From the IMG/VR virus record IMGVR_UViG_3300021256_000014, positions 854 through 64,853 of that record: a DNA stretch of 64,000 nucleotides; one strand, given 5' to 3'. This DNA comes from a virus. Of this stretch, positions 38,201 through 47,104 are shown piece by piece. The notes beneath the pieces were generated by a model, which worked only from the letters and a program-made list of their open reading frames with translations, had not been told where the DNA came from and did not search any database. The translations under genes and the position numbers were made by a program. Position 1 is the stretch's first letter; every line of letters starts with the position of its first letter.

Positions 38201-39317
38201 TTCTAGCCTTTGCCTGAGCATCAATAATGCCGCCAAAGGTATCCGAGAGCATGGTGAACAGCTGTTTTGACTGATCGAAATCACCAATTAAAAGCTCCCA
38301 TGTCTGAGCCCACCCGGAGCCTGCGGCTTCCTGCAAAGTGTCGATGAGCTGCGTGAATGTCTTAACTTCTGTTGCAGCTTTGGATGCTTTCTGTCCAAGT
38401 TCTGTTGTTTCGTCGGCGTATTTACCAAGGGCTGTAGTTAAAACATCAGACGTCATCCACTGCGCCGACAAAGAATCGTTAAACATCTTTGTCGCGTCAA
38501 ACAGGTCAGACACATGCCCATTCATGTCTGTTGTAACAGACTGATACTCCTCACCTACTTTAGTGACTGTGCCAAGCTCAACTGCTGTATCGATAAGTGT
38601 CTGTTTAAAATCAACCGTTGCCATATTGGCATTCTCAATTGATTTCCAGTCAATTAACTTTACATAACCAGAAGACAGCGCCTGGGCAAAGTTATACATC
38701 GCGTGAGACGCCTGCTGAGAGTTAGCGCCGGCAAGAGCTGCCTCGTTCGAAATACCCTGAATTGCGGCAACTGCTGTGTCAAGGTCAACACCGGCATTTG
38801 TGAACTTACCGATATTCGACGTCATATCCGAGAAGCTGTAAATCGTCTTATCGGCGTAAGTGTTCAGCTCATCAAGTTTCTGGTTGACCATATCAAGGGT
38901 TACAGGAAGACCCTCTTTAGTTTTTGCGCCCATAAGGATCGTCTGCACTGACCCCATTTTGAGCTCATACTCTTTAAAGCCATCCTGAACAGGCTTTGAT
39001 GTGAACATCTGGGCGTACTGCATTGTAGTCTGCTCGATCTGGGATCCAATCCTTGAAAAGAACCCAAACGATACAGCATCAAGCGCCGAAATGCCCTGTC
39101 TTGCGGTGTTTATACCCGCCGCCATCGGGTTAAAGTCAACCTTCTTTAAAGAAGAATTGAAATTATCAAGGCCGTCTTTAGACGTGGTGAAATTAAGAGC
39201 TTCTTTAAGCTTCTGGATAGTTGACAGAGATGTCGCTGCGTTTCTCTCAAAATTACTATTCTCCAAACTCATCTCGACAACTTTAGAGTCAACGACAGCG
39301 CTGCTCGATCTACTCAT
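32235..39317 (-). CDS. tape measure protein
   Basis: 2360 aa, helical repeats, hydrophobic central region, after tail chaperones. Confidence 0.9.
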   Translation of the reverse strand: MSRSSSAVVDSKVVEMSLENSNFERNAATSLSTIQKLKEALNFTTSKDGLDNFNSSLKKVDFNPMAAGINTARQGISALDAVSFGFFSRIGSQIEQTTMQYAQMFTSKPVQDGFKEYELKMGSVQTILMGAKTKEGLPVTLDMVNQKLDELNTYADKTIYSFSDMTSNIGKFTNAGVDLDTAVAAIQGISNEAALAGANSQQASHAMYNFAQALSSGYVKLIDWKSIENANMATVDFKQTLIDTAVELGTVTKVGEEYQSVTTDMNGHVSDLFDATKMFNDSLSAQWMTSDVLTTALGKYADETTELGQKASKAATEVKTFTQLIDTLQEAAGSGWAQTWELLIGDFDQSKQLFTMLSDTFGGIIDAQAKARNNLLKEGLGKPTEAVTAEYWKNLDLSTRQTKLLYKELMEVGKANGVAFESDNFVGFMNSLKEGWLSTDMLADAVKRLNSEGVDGDGMSKSLDEINEAADRVIKGDFGNNMPERIAQLNEEGFDGEKVQAYVNELYKLSGGTWNVTDAIREQAAANVGLEESMKGTSGEFDNIIDKVDSKSLKKSGRELLFDSIVTSIFAFKKIAGSIKGAWDDVFPPATGDMIYNIARAINDASKALRRFALKNAENIGNAFRGIFSVFSLLLSVGKRLLGTVFKGLGAIFNALAGPIGGFITKLGNLLTMLHDWAVQNQIVEKTFGAIETGVGVVTGKIKGWFDAFKALPGVQRVLNSFGDAFSYIYDNFPNILDNVGKSFGTFKDRVVNAFSNTKSPEEFFKGIKLAFQGLWKDISASTLVKNFKGSFKTLGTTIKDFFTGLGKKEDGTKNTFGKLSDSATRFKDDMTLAFEGIDEEGNKIDIFSGIKKAFSNLKENISLSGIGEKIKNGLSTIKTTVSNFFLNLGKNADGSLNAFGKIWTGLLLKIQAVKDKLRAIKNGVHDFFEEHKIGKFLVDIFTTLGTAIGSFFKSIPAFVEGAKAKFGEFIEKVKSLGGIKFSNLGKIWKAFKETVVKYFKDSKIFEPIVTAFATIKEKVKEKLAELGVNVGEIKNRIVAFFKGIKNAVTNFSFPEAFQKIIDFFTKKKEGVKSGSKTLGSVLFGFFKKLAKFVTGIKPEQILGIVAALLAFKGLKFIGTLVKPIEQLISSMAAEHKSKANFLNKAALLEMAGAFVLFAVTLKILAGIKLTDIIKGVATIGAMMLMLTAFAKSMDKLNPKKMIAASALVSSMAGSMILAILAIVLIGKVVLNDLPTALAGLGGAAVLFIAMLVMMKAMQKVSGGTKGLAAAKSMMSVIISLYALVGLIMLLSFLPFGRILNGLLKLVPIVIALWAIMKLMKKAVGEDGLSISIGIAGLAACILAIGAALWIISKIKPGALLKSVLALGTIMLALALVVKSAKGIEKGLGTMVGLAAVILAIAASLAILSLIKPTALIAPVAAISVILLMLTVLAGVTGKVKPALTSLLMMTVLIAAIGTVLFLLATLPNPETVAQIAAGLGLIFAGLGVAMYGAVAAGTAAGPALLGLVVMAAFIAAFTLLAWAIGALGGDQMSTIQTGLDIIKMVLGGLGEAVGAFFAGIGTELFDALPQIGQDITDFMSNLSGLNEIGMVDIGPLAEALGAILGVSAVGFADSLLSIVSEIEEGKSSAQMLADDMVALSSAFVEYQTAMDSVDGIEIDTQPLMDAIGAVVAASIGGFIDGLTSIVTEMVTGKTAVQMVADDMTALAEGFTNYATAMASFEGIEIDTQPLTDAIGAVTAASLSGLVDGLTSQLTEAWTGKAAVTLVAEDMSTLATGFTDYATAMSEFDGIEIDTTALDDIIDIIGQISLQGLLTSLGSLLLGEDDKTQVTQFAEDMGTLSTALVDWQTDMAPLDGLTVPTDDIAKLKEALDTIKEGGILNSILGFFGADTSPDYTSFTEGIKGLGGAINDFANSLGEDFDSEKMTVATDAIKKLAEVGVALGDVDFGGWFHDGVLTNFAQELVDIVPNLNTFSTSFTDVDSFSAVALAVKQLASGASLLANVKFGEGDLTNDDIVSKVKTNIDTLRSMIEGLADIDTSGVDKFTGALSKINSADLSKASQNLSNTDAGSDTGKDITSNITSNIDSSSISSGVSSALSSALGSIDTSGFGSIGTSMTAKIGLAIINGAGSIKSSLKAALDSALSAAEGYKSSFTTAGWNFSSGLGQGIRLNKYSAINAAIEVAKAALEATRRTLDSHSPSRETEKLGRFFDLGLVKGIGGYSSVVSNAASNVANMALDGVRRAVAATNDILAGTGNEQPIITPILDLSQVRDGASRIASLMPTSPTLLSNFSAIGENAEAIRERNSNADILNALGKLGDNLSSGRPGDTYNINGVTYDDGSNIASAVGDIIRAARVERRA

Positions 39318-39688
39318 TTCACCACCTCCTCCCAGGCCTCTTTAGCAAGCTCATCAAAAATGGGCTGAAGAGCTGGATTTATGTAATCCCTTCCTTCAAC
39401 CCATCCGCCAGTTCCGGTTCCGTGCCCGTACTGTAATATCAGAGCTATGTTTACATGGTTATTTATGTTTGAATTGTGAAACTCTATTACCGCCCTTCCC
39501 TTTTCTCTTACGATCTCATAAGACCAGCTGGCTGCCGTAAGACCAGAGTCAACAGGCGTTGCGTTCTTTAGAGCCTCCACTCCTAATTTTCCGTATTTAT
39601 TTAGAATTCCAACATCGAAATTCTCTTTAAGATGCTCAAGCCATCCGGTAACTTTACCGAAATCGCCATTCTGTTTTATCTCAATCAT
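39314..39688 (-). CDS. HK97 gp10-like tail completion protein
   Basis: TPVDSG.TA.SW and LQYGHGT motifs. Confidence 0.75.
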   Translation of the reverse strand: MIEIKQNGDFGKVTGWLEHLKENFDVGILNKYGKLGVEALKNATPVDSGLTAASWSYEIVREKGRAVIEFHNSNINNHVNIALILQYGHGTGTGGWVEGRDYINPALQPIFDELAKEAWEEVVK

Positions 39689-39692
39689 CAGC

Positions 39693-40235
39693 TCATCCTC
39701 TCATGTTATGCTTGGCCTTTCTTGCGGCATTTAAAGCCTTGTTTTGAGCCATGATTTCTCGCTTTGACATCTTCTTCTTCGGTTTGTTTTCTTCGCCGCA
39801 AACCCGAATAAGCATGATGAGCCTGTTTATATGCCACTTCTCAAATTCTGCAGGAATGTTAAACTGCACCATCCAGCAGTAAATAAGCTCGGAAGTTACC
39901 TTTTGAGTCCTGCTTCTTTTCCCATCATCAGTAATTACGGTCGCCGTCATCGGATCGTTGATGTAGTCGTTAATCTTATTTATGTCATCTGCTGTTAAGA
40001 GATTTATATAAAAAGACTTCTCATCGATTTCCCGATTCAGGATCATGCATCTTATGTAATCAAGGGTTTGCTCATTTGTTTTTTCGCTGTCAAAAAATGG
40101 AATATGCCACTTAGCTTCCCATTTGGAGATGGAGATGAGCGAATGCTCAAGATAAAGAGTCGTAGCTTTGACCGTTCCAAAGCGCTCTGTCTTCTCATCG
40201 AAGTACTCCCTTTCGGGAATATCAATTCTAAGCAC
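39693..40235 (-). CDS. tail assembly chaperone
   Basis: Position before TMP; LEHSLISISKWE motif. Confidence 0.6.
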   Translation of the reverse strand: MLRIDIPEREYFDEKTERFGTVKATTLYLEHSLISISKWEAKWHIPFFDSEKTNEQTLDYIRCMILNREIDEKSFYINLLTADDINKINDYINDPMTATVITDDGKRSRTQKVTSELIYCWMVQFNIPAEFEKWHINRLIMLIRVCGEENKPKKKMSKREIMAQNKALNAARKAKHNMRG

Positions 40236-40256
40236 GCGCTCACCTCCTTTTTAGAT

Positions 40257-40706
40257 TTAGTCAACTACTTCTCCGGTTACCTTCTCGATCAGCTCGGGGT
40301 TCTTCTCAGCCTTCTCGATCTCTCCGGCAATAGTGCTTGCAAACTTCGCCGGGAAGATGTTGATCATGAAGTCCTTAACAGTGTTGACATCGCCTTTGTA
40401 CATAATGTCGTCCATCAGCTGCGCAAAAGCCGCAGAGCAGGCGAAGTTCTCGGTAATCTCTTTGTTCTTCTTAAACACCTTGCCGTCTTCGCTCTTTTCG
40501 CCGTAAGCAGCAATGATCAGCGCCTGCAGAGCCTCAAGCATCTGAAGGTTATCCTTGGTTGCAATCAGGTTTGCAAGGCTTTTCTCGCTGAAAGACGGGT
40601 TGCTATCCAGAAAATTCCTAAGCTGGGGCTCGGTGAAGTTAAAATATAATTCTTCTTCTCTCTCGTGCCCGTCAAAGTCCTCGTACTTCTGCTTAATCTT
40701 AAACAT
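40257..40706 (-). CDS. tail assembly chaperone
   Basis: Follows major tail gene; YEDFDG...LYFN...AYGEKSEDG. Confidence 0.65.
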   Translation of the reverse strand: MFKIKQKYEDFDGHEREEELYFNFTEPQLRNFLDSNPSFSEKSLANLIATKDNLQMLEALQALIIAAYGEKSEDGKVFKKNKEITENFACSAAFAQLMDDIMYKGDVNTVKDFMINIFPAKFASTIAGEIEKAEKNPELIEKVTGEVVD

Positions 40707-40834
40707 ATAATTCTCCTTTCTTTAAAAAGAGACCCTAGTAATCTACCAGGGCCTCAGAGCAGCTTATTTTTGATTTCAATTTAACCCGGCAGGAACAAGG
40801 CCATCTTTGGGATACGCCTTCTCTGACGGGTAAC

Positions 40835-41527
40835 TCAAGGGGTTGTTGATGCCGCGAAGTGAGCAGCAACTTCGTCCGGAAGAGGCAGACGGCCGGTGGT
40901 TCCTTCAGCTCCGCCGGTACCATCAGTTCCGTACAGAATATCAAGGAAATCATCCAGCTTATCCTTATCAACCTTCGTGGAGTCGATAACGACCGTTGCG
41001 GTCGGCTTCATACCTTTAGTAGTAACTTCTGCCGGAGTCGTGGAGATCTCCCAGCTCGGATTAGCTGCTTCCGGAGAATCGTTGACAGTCGCGTGAGCTC
41101 TCTCAGACGGAGATGCGAGGCAGTTGTATACAAGGTGGAGCTTGTAACCTTTCTCAGTACCCTCGGTATCGCTGCCGATAAGCGTTCTGTAAGAAAGACC
41201 GAACAGACGGCGAGACTGCTGCCCGATGTATACGCCAGGAGCAATTTCCTTGGAACCGTCGCACTCTTCAAACACATCCGGATAAGAGTATGCCTCCAGA
41301 GTGCCTCCAAACTCCTCCGCACTCATAAGGTTCAGGTACTTGATGTTATCAGCCCACAGAGCGGTCGGCTCTGCACCGGACGGGCTCTCGTTAAACGCGG
41401 TAACGCCATTCCAGGCGACTGCGTCCTTAAACGTCTTCGACGTCTTGTCGTAAAGATACAAGACCATATGGTCTACACCAGTTTCATAAATTCTTTCGCC
41501 AGTCTTGTCCCATACAAGTTTAGCCAT
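40835..41527 (-). CDS. major tail (tube) protein
   Basis: LVWDKTGERIYETGVDH...AWNG...ADNIKYLNL. Confidence 0.8.
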   Translation of the reverse strand: MAKLVWDKTGERIYETGVDHMVLYLYDKTSKTFKDAVAWNGVTAFNESPSGAEPTALWADNIKYLNLMSAEEFGGTLEAYSYPDVFEECDGSKEIAPGVYIGQQSRRLFGLSYRTLIGSDTEGTEKGYKLHLVYNCLASPSERAHATVNDSPEAANPSWEISTTPAEVTTKGMKPTATVVIDSTKVDKDKLDDFLDILYGTDGTGGAEGTTGRLPLPDEVAAHFAASTTP

Positions 41528-41539
41528 AATATTACCTCC

Positions 41540-41854
41540 TTAGTAATATAAGATGTAGATTGTATGATTGAGATTGTCCGCTTGGTAAGAACGATTAAAG
41601 CGTATGCCGGGTATTGTCGACACACGCTTTGAAATCTCGCTATCAGGATCTCTGTCAATCACAGTAATTTGGTACGCGGTATGCTGCAGATACACAAGAT
41701 TGTCAGCAGCCACGTTATCTATGTCGTATAAGTTGTACCTTATACACGGGTAGTGCATCACAAGCGATGCCGGCGGTTGGAAGTACACATTTCTTGATCC
41801 GAGCACTTCACAAAGCAGCTCATGGAGTTTAAGCCTCCGGTCCATTGTACACAC
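41540..41854 (-). CDS. tail terminator
   Basis: NVYFQPP...YPCI motif; position. Confidence 0.7.
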   Translation of the reverse strand: MCTMDRRLKLHELLCEVLGSRNVYFQPPASLVMHYPCIRYNLYDIDNVAADNLVYLQHTAYQITVIDRDPDSEISKRVSTIPGIRFNRSYQADNLNHTIYILYY

Positions 41855-42155
41855 CTCCCGCCGATAGAATGAGTCTTGGGCTCTGAACAGTAACGGTTGC
41901 TACCTTCCATTTAGTGCCCATAAACTCAACGTACTTAATGTTGTGGAAATTCTCGTTTGCGTAGGCGTCAGCGACGATACTAAACTCATTCGAGATGTTA
42001 ATATCATCGATAACCTTATCCTGGCCAGATTCATGGCGTCTGGAATTGCGAACAATATCGCCGTAGTAAGGTCTTTCAACCATACTGTCTTCCCAGACAC
42101 CCGGCCTTATTTCAGATACCGTAGCAAACCCGACGTTCCCATAAAATCTGGCCAT
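41829..42155 (-). CDS. head closure / head-to-tail stopper
   Basis: Position; G.W....YYGD motif. Confidence 0.65.
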   Translation of the reverse strand: MARFYGNVGFATVSEIRPGVWEDSMVERPYYGDIVRNSRRHESGQDKVIDDINISNEFSIVADAYANENFHNIKYVEFMGTKWKVATVTVQSPRLILSAGGVYNGPEA

Positions 42156-42249
42156 AGTTCCACCTCATTTTGATTCCATCATCAGCCGCCCGGAATTAGA
42201 CTGTTTGACGCATACGTCGTATCTGCCGGGTATACAGCCGATAATGGAG

Positions 42250-42507
42250 TTACGCGTTTGGGCTTGCTGTGATCGCTCCGGTAGCCTTGGTGTAAGTCAG
42301 GGTGTAGGACTCGCAAACAGCGGTAACTGTACCCGCAAGCTTATTCTCAGAAGCCTTCGTAATAACCTCGAACTCGCCGTCCACATCCACAATCTGGCCA
42401 ACGAAATCCTCGCCAAGCAGGAGCTTATTGATGGAATTGACGGTTGCGGTATCGTCGTCAACAGTAACCTTGATCTGAAAATCCCCAGTTTCTCTTCTAA
42501 GTCTCAT
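42250..42507 (-). CDS. hypothetical protein downstream of capsid gene
   Basis: AAGGAGG RBS; beta-rich. Confidence 0.55.
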   Translation of the reverse strand: MRLRRETGDFQIKVTVDDDTATVNSINKLLLGEDFVGQIVDVDGEFEVITKASENKLAGTVTAVCESYTLTYTKATGAITASPNA

Positions 42508-42537
42508 AATTTTCCCTCCTTAAGGTTGTGTGGGTGA

Positions 42538-44382
42538 TCACTGACCGATCATGCTCTTGGAATCGAAGTCAGAATCGCCGATGATCTTGCTGGTGCGGCC
42601 GGTAGTGGAATCAGCATACAGAGTGATCGCGGAGAACGGCTTCATCAGAGAACCAGAGCATCTGGTCTCGATCAGATACTTCATCTGGTTGTAGTCGATG
42701 TCGAAATCATCGAACATGTTGACGGATCCGCCCTTGTCGGCGCCAACGCTGTAATCAGCCAGGTTGACAATGATAGCCAGGATCTCCTTGCCGTTGTAGG
42801 AAGCTCTTGCCATGACCTCGTCCGGGATCGTAACAATGCGGGAAACTCTGCACTTGGTAGCAAGCTCTCCTTCGGTCTTGTACAGCGGGTGCTTCTGAGT
42901 GTCCTCAAGCAGCAGCATCTCGCAGAGCATGGACTCGGAGGTGAACATGGTCGGAGAACCAGATCCCTTGTAACCCTTACGAGCGCGGATAGCAGCCTTG
43001 ATGAAGTTCTCTGCGTAATACTGGGCAGCATCTTCGATCGGGGTGCCGGACTGTACGCTCTGGCTCGGCGCTACGCCGTACTTGATATTGAACAGATCAC
43101 TCTCGTTTACGATCGGGCGGATGCAGGTGGGATCGATCTTGTCGTCATCGGACGCCAGTCTTCCGTCGCCAACCAGATATGCTCCGGCAAGTTCCTCGTC
43201 CAGCATCATTCTCATTTCAGCCTTCAGCCATGCGATTACGTCGAAATCGGTGATGTCGATCGTGTCATCGCGATCTAGCTTCTGCTTCTTGTAAACAGTG
43301 GTCGGCTGAGTGGTTCTCTTAAGCAGGCTGAAGACCTCTTCCTTCTTCAGTCTTCCCTTCAGGTATCCACGAGCTCTTGCCTCGTCCTCGGTGATGTCAG
43401 CATAGGTGGACTTCAGGCGGGTAAACGGAGTGTGGTGAACACCGCTCATAACGACATTTACCCAGTTGTCCGGTCTCTTGATCCATTCCGGCGGGGTATT
43501 CTGCTCCTTGGCAGACGGGAACAGCCAGTCGATCTGCTCGATGCCATAGTCTTCAGCATGCGCCAGGAAGGAATCCTTCAGGGATCCATAGCGCTTTGCA
43601 TCGGCAATGATCGTGCTCATCTCGTCATGGGTGAGGGTTTCGCCCTGCGCCATATCGTTTCCATCAAATACGTTGTGCTTCATAACGTCATCTCCTTCTT
43701 CATCAAGATCTGAATGCTCCGCAGCGTCGTCGTCTTCTTCGTCGTCGCTCGTTGCATCTTTTACAGCTTCGTTTACAAGGAACTGGCAGACAGCCTTCTG
43801 ATCGTCGGTCATCTCGTTGTAGACGTCCTCTACTGTCTTTTCCTTCTTCTCTTCTTTCTTCTCTTCCTTCTTGTCAGCCACGTCGTCTTCTCCTTTCTTT
43901 TTCTCATCGGAATGCTCAAGCTCGATGTCCTTGAAGAAGCACATGACCGCTTCGTCCTCTACCTCTTCAAAGCTTCCGTCACTATGAGCCATGGCAACAT
44001 TGTCAATAAAAGCTCCAGGATTAGCCCCGCCATAAACAAGAGAAACCTCTCTAATTACGCCGTGAAGAACCTCTTTTGCAGGGGACTGCTTGAGGTGATT
44101 GGCATAAATCGAGAGGTACTTGATGTCGCCGTGCTGCACTGCTTCTTTCGCATCCTGCGCTTTAGCGGAATTGTTGAAAGAACCGTACATGTAGACGCCT
44201 TCGTCTCTGTTTTCCAGGAGGGCATGCCCAAGTACGTCTGTCGGGGAATCGTGCTGATGTCCCCATACAAGCGGAACGGTCTTACCATCCATGTCTGCAA
44301 ACGCTCCGCGCCGGATAGTTCGGCCATCGGAACACTTGTAGTCATTGGCAGTAGCCCAACCGCTAAAGTCAAACTTAGCCAT
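42538..44382 (-). CDS. fused prohead protease / scaffold / HK97-fold major capsid protein
   Basis: Protease motifs PLVWGH, LSIYA, EVSLV..GANP; acidic/basic linker; capsid-sized C-terminal domain; follows portal. Confidence 0.85.
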   Translation of the reverse strand: MAKFDFSGWATANDYKCSDGRTIRRGAFADMDGKTVPLVWGHQHDSPTDVLGHALLENRDEGVYMYGSFNNSAKAQDAKEAVQHGDIKYLSIYANHLKQSPAKEVLHGVIREVSLVYGGANPGAFIDNVAMAHSDGSFEEVEDEAVMCFFKDIELEHSDEKKKGEDDVADKKEEKKEEKKEKTVEDVYNEMTDDQKAVCQFLVNEAVKDATSDDEEDDDAAEHSDLDEEGDDVMKHNVFDGNDMAQGETLTHDEMSTIIADAKRYGSLKDSFLAHAEDYGIEQIDWLFPSAKEQNTPPEWIKRPDNWVNVVMSGVHHTPFTRLKSTYADITEDEARARGYLKGRLKKEEVFSLLKRTTQPTTVYKKQKLDRDDTIDITDFDVIAWLKAEMRMMLDEELAGAYLVGDGRLASDDDKIDPTCIRPIVNESDLFNIKYGVAPSQSVQSGTPIEDAAQYYAENFIKAAIRARKGYKGSGSPTMFTSESMLCEMLLLEDTQKHPLYKTEGELATKCRVSRIVTIPDEVMARASYNGKEILAIIVNLADYSVGADKGGSVNMFDDFDIDYNQMKYLIETRCSGSLMKPFSAITLYADSTTGRTSKIIGDSDFDSKSMIGQ

Positions 44383-44434
44383 TTTGATTTCTCCTTCTTG
44401 TTGCATTAAAAAAGACCCCTCTCGGGGCCTAGGT

Positions 44435-45685
44435 TTACTGTTCTACTTGCGCTTCTTGCTCCTCTGGCGGAACTTCTTCCTCCATTGGCGCCTCTTCGGG
44501 CATCATTTGCCCCTGATCGTAAAGCTGCGGATTTGACAGCTGATCAGCTCTAGCATCCATACTCGGAGCAAGGCCGATAATGCCTCTTGCTTCGTTCTTA
44601 GTAATGATCTCACCTCTTGTAAGCTTCTCTAAAAGATCACCAAGCTGGGTTTGAGGAGTCGATACGAACGGATCAGTGAAATACATGATAGACTGGCCTT
44701 GAGTTCTGGCAGTCTTTGTTAAGAACTTACACTTCATAGCATCGATTATTGCAGAGATAACAGGCTCAACCGTCCTGTTCATATAATTCTGCATAACCGT
44801 CTCGTCCGCGCTTCCGTTAAATACTTCTTCCGGCATGCCGAGCTGAGCGTGGAACATCTTGGTATAGTACTCAACCTGCGTAAAGAGATTGTTCTCAATT
44901 GCGCGATTAAGCTGAGTTACCTTCTCAGTTCCGTCAATGTAGGCAACGCCGTACTTGGAAGAGGCGAGCTGAGACTCAAAGTCTTTGACTCTGGTGTCCG
45001 CCTGTATTCTTCTTCGCTCTGACTGTATTGTATAAGGAAGCTGAACAATAAGATTTGCTTTTCCAGAAGCAGACTCGTCGTCGATGATATCAAGCTGGTG
45101 TATCTTTCGACACAGCTGCTGGTAAAACGAGTTTGGCTCATTCATTATCGAATAGAACGGATTCTCAGGAAGTGCTACGATGCTTTTTGGAAGCGTGACT
45201 TGCTCCGTCTTGCCGAGGCGGTCGTTGTAAAGCTCAATCTTTACATCTCTTGGATACCACCCGACAACCTTTCCAACCCTCAGCGATTGGATGTCAAATC
45301 CTCCAGTAATTCTGGGATTTTCTGTAGTGTCAACGGGGACGATCGCAATCGAACCTTCGTCAAGCAGCGACATGGCGCAGTCTTGCAAAAACGCCCTCGC
45401 CGTCTGGTCTATGTTGGCCTGCACTGATAAGCATTCGTTCAGATCTGACTTCATGGGTTCCATATATCTTCCATCTGGATCAAGTCTGCAATGCTCTACC
45501 CTATGCTTTGCAACATCTACCGCTATTCTATTGAAGGTATTCGAAATAATCGACCTCTCGTTGCCTCGTCTAATCCTCATTCTTCCAGGTCGTAGGTAAC
45601 TTTCAGGACCTAGATTATGGTACGCAGTCGGATCTCTGCCTATAAAGGCATTCCACCCGTGCTGTAGTCTTTGAAACAGACCCAT
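44435..45685 (-). CDS. portal protein (HK97-like)
   Basis: NRIAVDVA...; IITKNEARG; position. Confidence 0.85.
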   Translation of the reverse strand: MGLFQRLQHGWNAFIGRDPTAYHNLGPESYLRPGRMRIRRGNERSIISNTFNRIAVDVAKHRVEHCRLDPDGRYMEPMKSDLNECLSVQANIDQTARAFLQDCAMSLLDEGSIAIVPVDTTENPRITGGFDIQSLRVGKVVGWYPRDVKIELYNDRLGKTEQVTLPKSIVALPENPFYSIMNEPNSFYQQLCRKIHQLDIIDDESASGKANLIVQLPYTIQSERRRIQADTRVKDFESQLASSKYGVAYIDGTEKVTQLNRAIENNLFTQVEYYTKMFHAQLGMPEEVFNGSADETVMQNYMNRTVEPVISAIIDAMKCKFLTKTARTQGQSIMYFTDPFVSTPQTQLGDLLEKLTRGEIITKNEARGIIGLAPSMDARADQLSNPQLYDQGQMMPEEAPMEEEVPPEEQEAQVEQ

Positions 45686-45700
45686 TTTGATTTCTCCTCC

Positions 45701-46339
45701 TTATGCCGTCCTTTCCCAAATGTAAACATTCTTATATGGCGGCATGTTGTTGTGCGCCTCGTCGGCACCAGCTGATTCAATAACCAGCTCCGTATCCCCG
45801 GTGTATGCATCATTAGCGGTTCCGGCGCCATATGTCACGAGAGCAACTGCGGATCCGTTACCAACGTACACGTTTCTTCGACCTATGGCATGTCTGTGTT
45901 CACTAACAGCGTGAGTATGCGCTGGCATCTGAGCTTCGGTAAGCGTAACGTTCGCCTCGCCTCCGTCCCTTGCCGCGTTATTTGCTCTAACATTCGAACT
46001 GGCGCCATATAGAAAATATCCACTATGCCGAATCCAGGTAGTTCCGCCATATATCTCAATAACCTTTGCCATGGTGTCTAATGTAGTAGACATAATTACC
46101 ATGCCAATATGCGACTTGGCAGCGCCTTCAACAGCCGTAAGTCTTTGCTCGATACTTGGTATCGCTCCAAACTCCTCTTCGGCCGCGGTAAGCCTCTCAT
46201 CAAGCAAGGGCAGTTCTGTATCAAGTTCCTCGGATATCGCAAGAATCCCGTTATCCATGTGGTTTAAATTGGCAGCGCCAATGGGAGTATCTGTAGAGGG
46301 GGCATCTTGCCAACCAACCCTCGTGTATCTTATTGGCAT
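45701..46339 (-). CDS. tail fibre/baseplate collar-like protein
   Basis: GGEANVTLTEAQMPAHTH...HNNMPPY..VYIWERTA. Confidence 0.7.
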   Translation of the reverse strand: MPIRYTRVGWQDAPSTDTPIGAANLNHMDNGILAISEELDTELPLLDERLTAAEEEFGAIPSIEQRLTAVEGAAKSHIGMVIMSTTLDTMAKVIEIYGGTTWIRHSGYFLYGASSNVRANNAARDGGEANVTLTEAQMPAHTHAVSEHRHAIGRRNVYVGNGSAVALVTYGAGTANDAYTGDTELVIESAGADEAHNNMPPYKNVYIWERTA

Positions 46340-46341
46340 AA

Positions 46342-47085
46342 TTAGCCTCCTTTCACGTACGGATATAAGCTCTCATCAGGGTAAACCAAAGTATTTGGAA
46401 ACAACTTCCAGCTATCCGGCATCTCCTGCTTCGGAGTTGTAAGTTCGATTATCTCGTCCGGAAACGGGAGCCTTGGATCGGCATCGTCGGTTCCGTAGAT
46501 TATCCCTTCCAGAGTATTTAGAACATCGTGATCAAGAAGTGTGGAATCGATCACAATTTCGCTTACAGGATCAAACTCATCATCATCAATCTCCTGGGGA
46601 AACGTTTCGAATGATATGTTGGTCTCCTGAATATCCATAGATTCATTTACAGTTGAGTAAGCTCTCGAAAAGTCAGTAACTCTCATGTTGTAAATCATAT
46701 GGATTCTATAGCCATGTTCAGTTCCTTCTGTATCATTCCCGATCTTGCTTCTATAGCAAAAGCCGAACTGATCTCGATTCTGCTGTCTTGCGTAAATACC
46801 GGGCGTAAGTTCCCTCTCGCCAAGGTAGTCCTCAAACTCATCTGGGAATGTGTAGCATTTTATAGATCCTGAATATTCTTCAGAAGTATACTCAGACCCA
46901 ACCTTAACCCCACCGGAATAAAGAGGGCTTGCATCTCTTCCACCGTTATTATCGTCAACTCCGGTAAGGCCATTCCACGCAATCCCGCCGGTATAAATGC
47001 CGCCCTCAAAAGGATAAAAGACGCCATGGTCGACGCCTATCTCGTACTTTCTCTCCCCGAGGGCGTCCCAAGTAAGTCTTCCCAT
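46342..47085 (-). CDS. second major-tail-protein paralog
   Basis: LTWDALGERKYEIGVDH...AWNGLT, collinear with 40835..41527. Confidence 0.75.
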   Translation of the reverse strand: MGRLTWDALGERKYEIGVDHGVFYPFEGGIYTGGIAWNGLTGVDDNNGGRDASPLYSGGVKVGSEYTSEEYSGSIKCYTFPDEFEDYLGERELTPGIYARQQNRDQFGFCYRSKIGNDTEGTEHGYRIHMIYNMRVTDFSRAYSTVNESMDIQETNISFETFPQEIDDDEFDPVSEIVIDSTLLDHDVLNTLEGIIYGTDDADPRLPFPDEIIELTTPKQEMPDSWKLFPNTLVYPDESLYPYVKGG

Positions 47086-47104
47086 AGCCTTACCTCCTTA
47101 GTGG

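Noticed and set aside
39693-40706. Programmed frameshift between tail chaperones
   Set aside because: Second ORF has its own AAGGAGGTG RBS and no clear slippery site was seen
32923-44409. Numerous + strand ORFs up to 231 aa
   Set aside because: Antisense shadows of long minus-strand genes; no RBS or recognisable motifs
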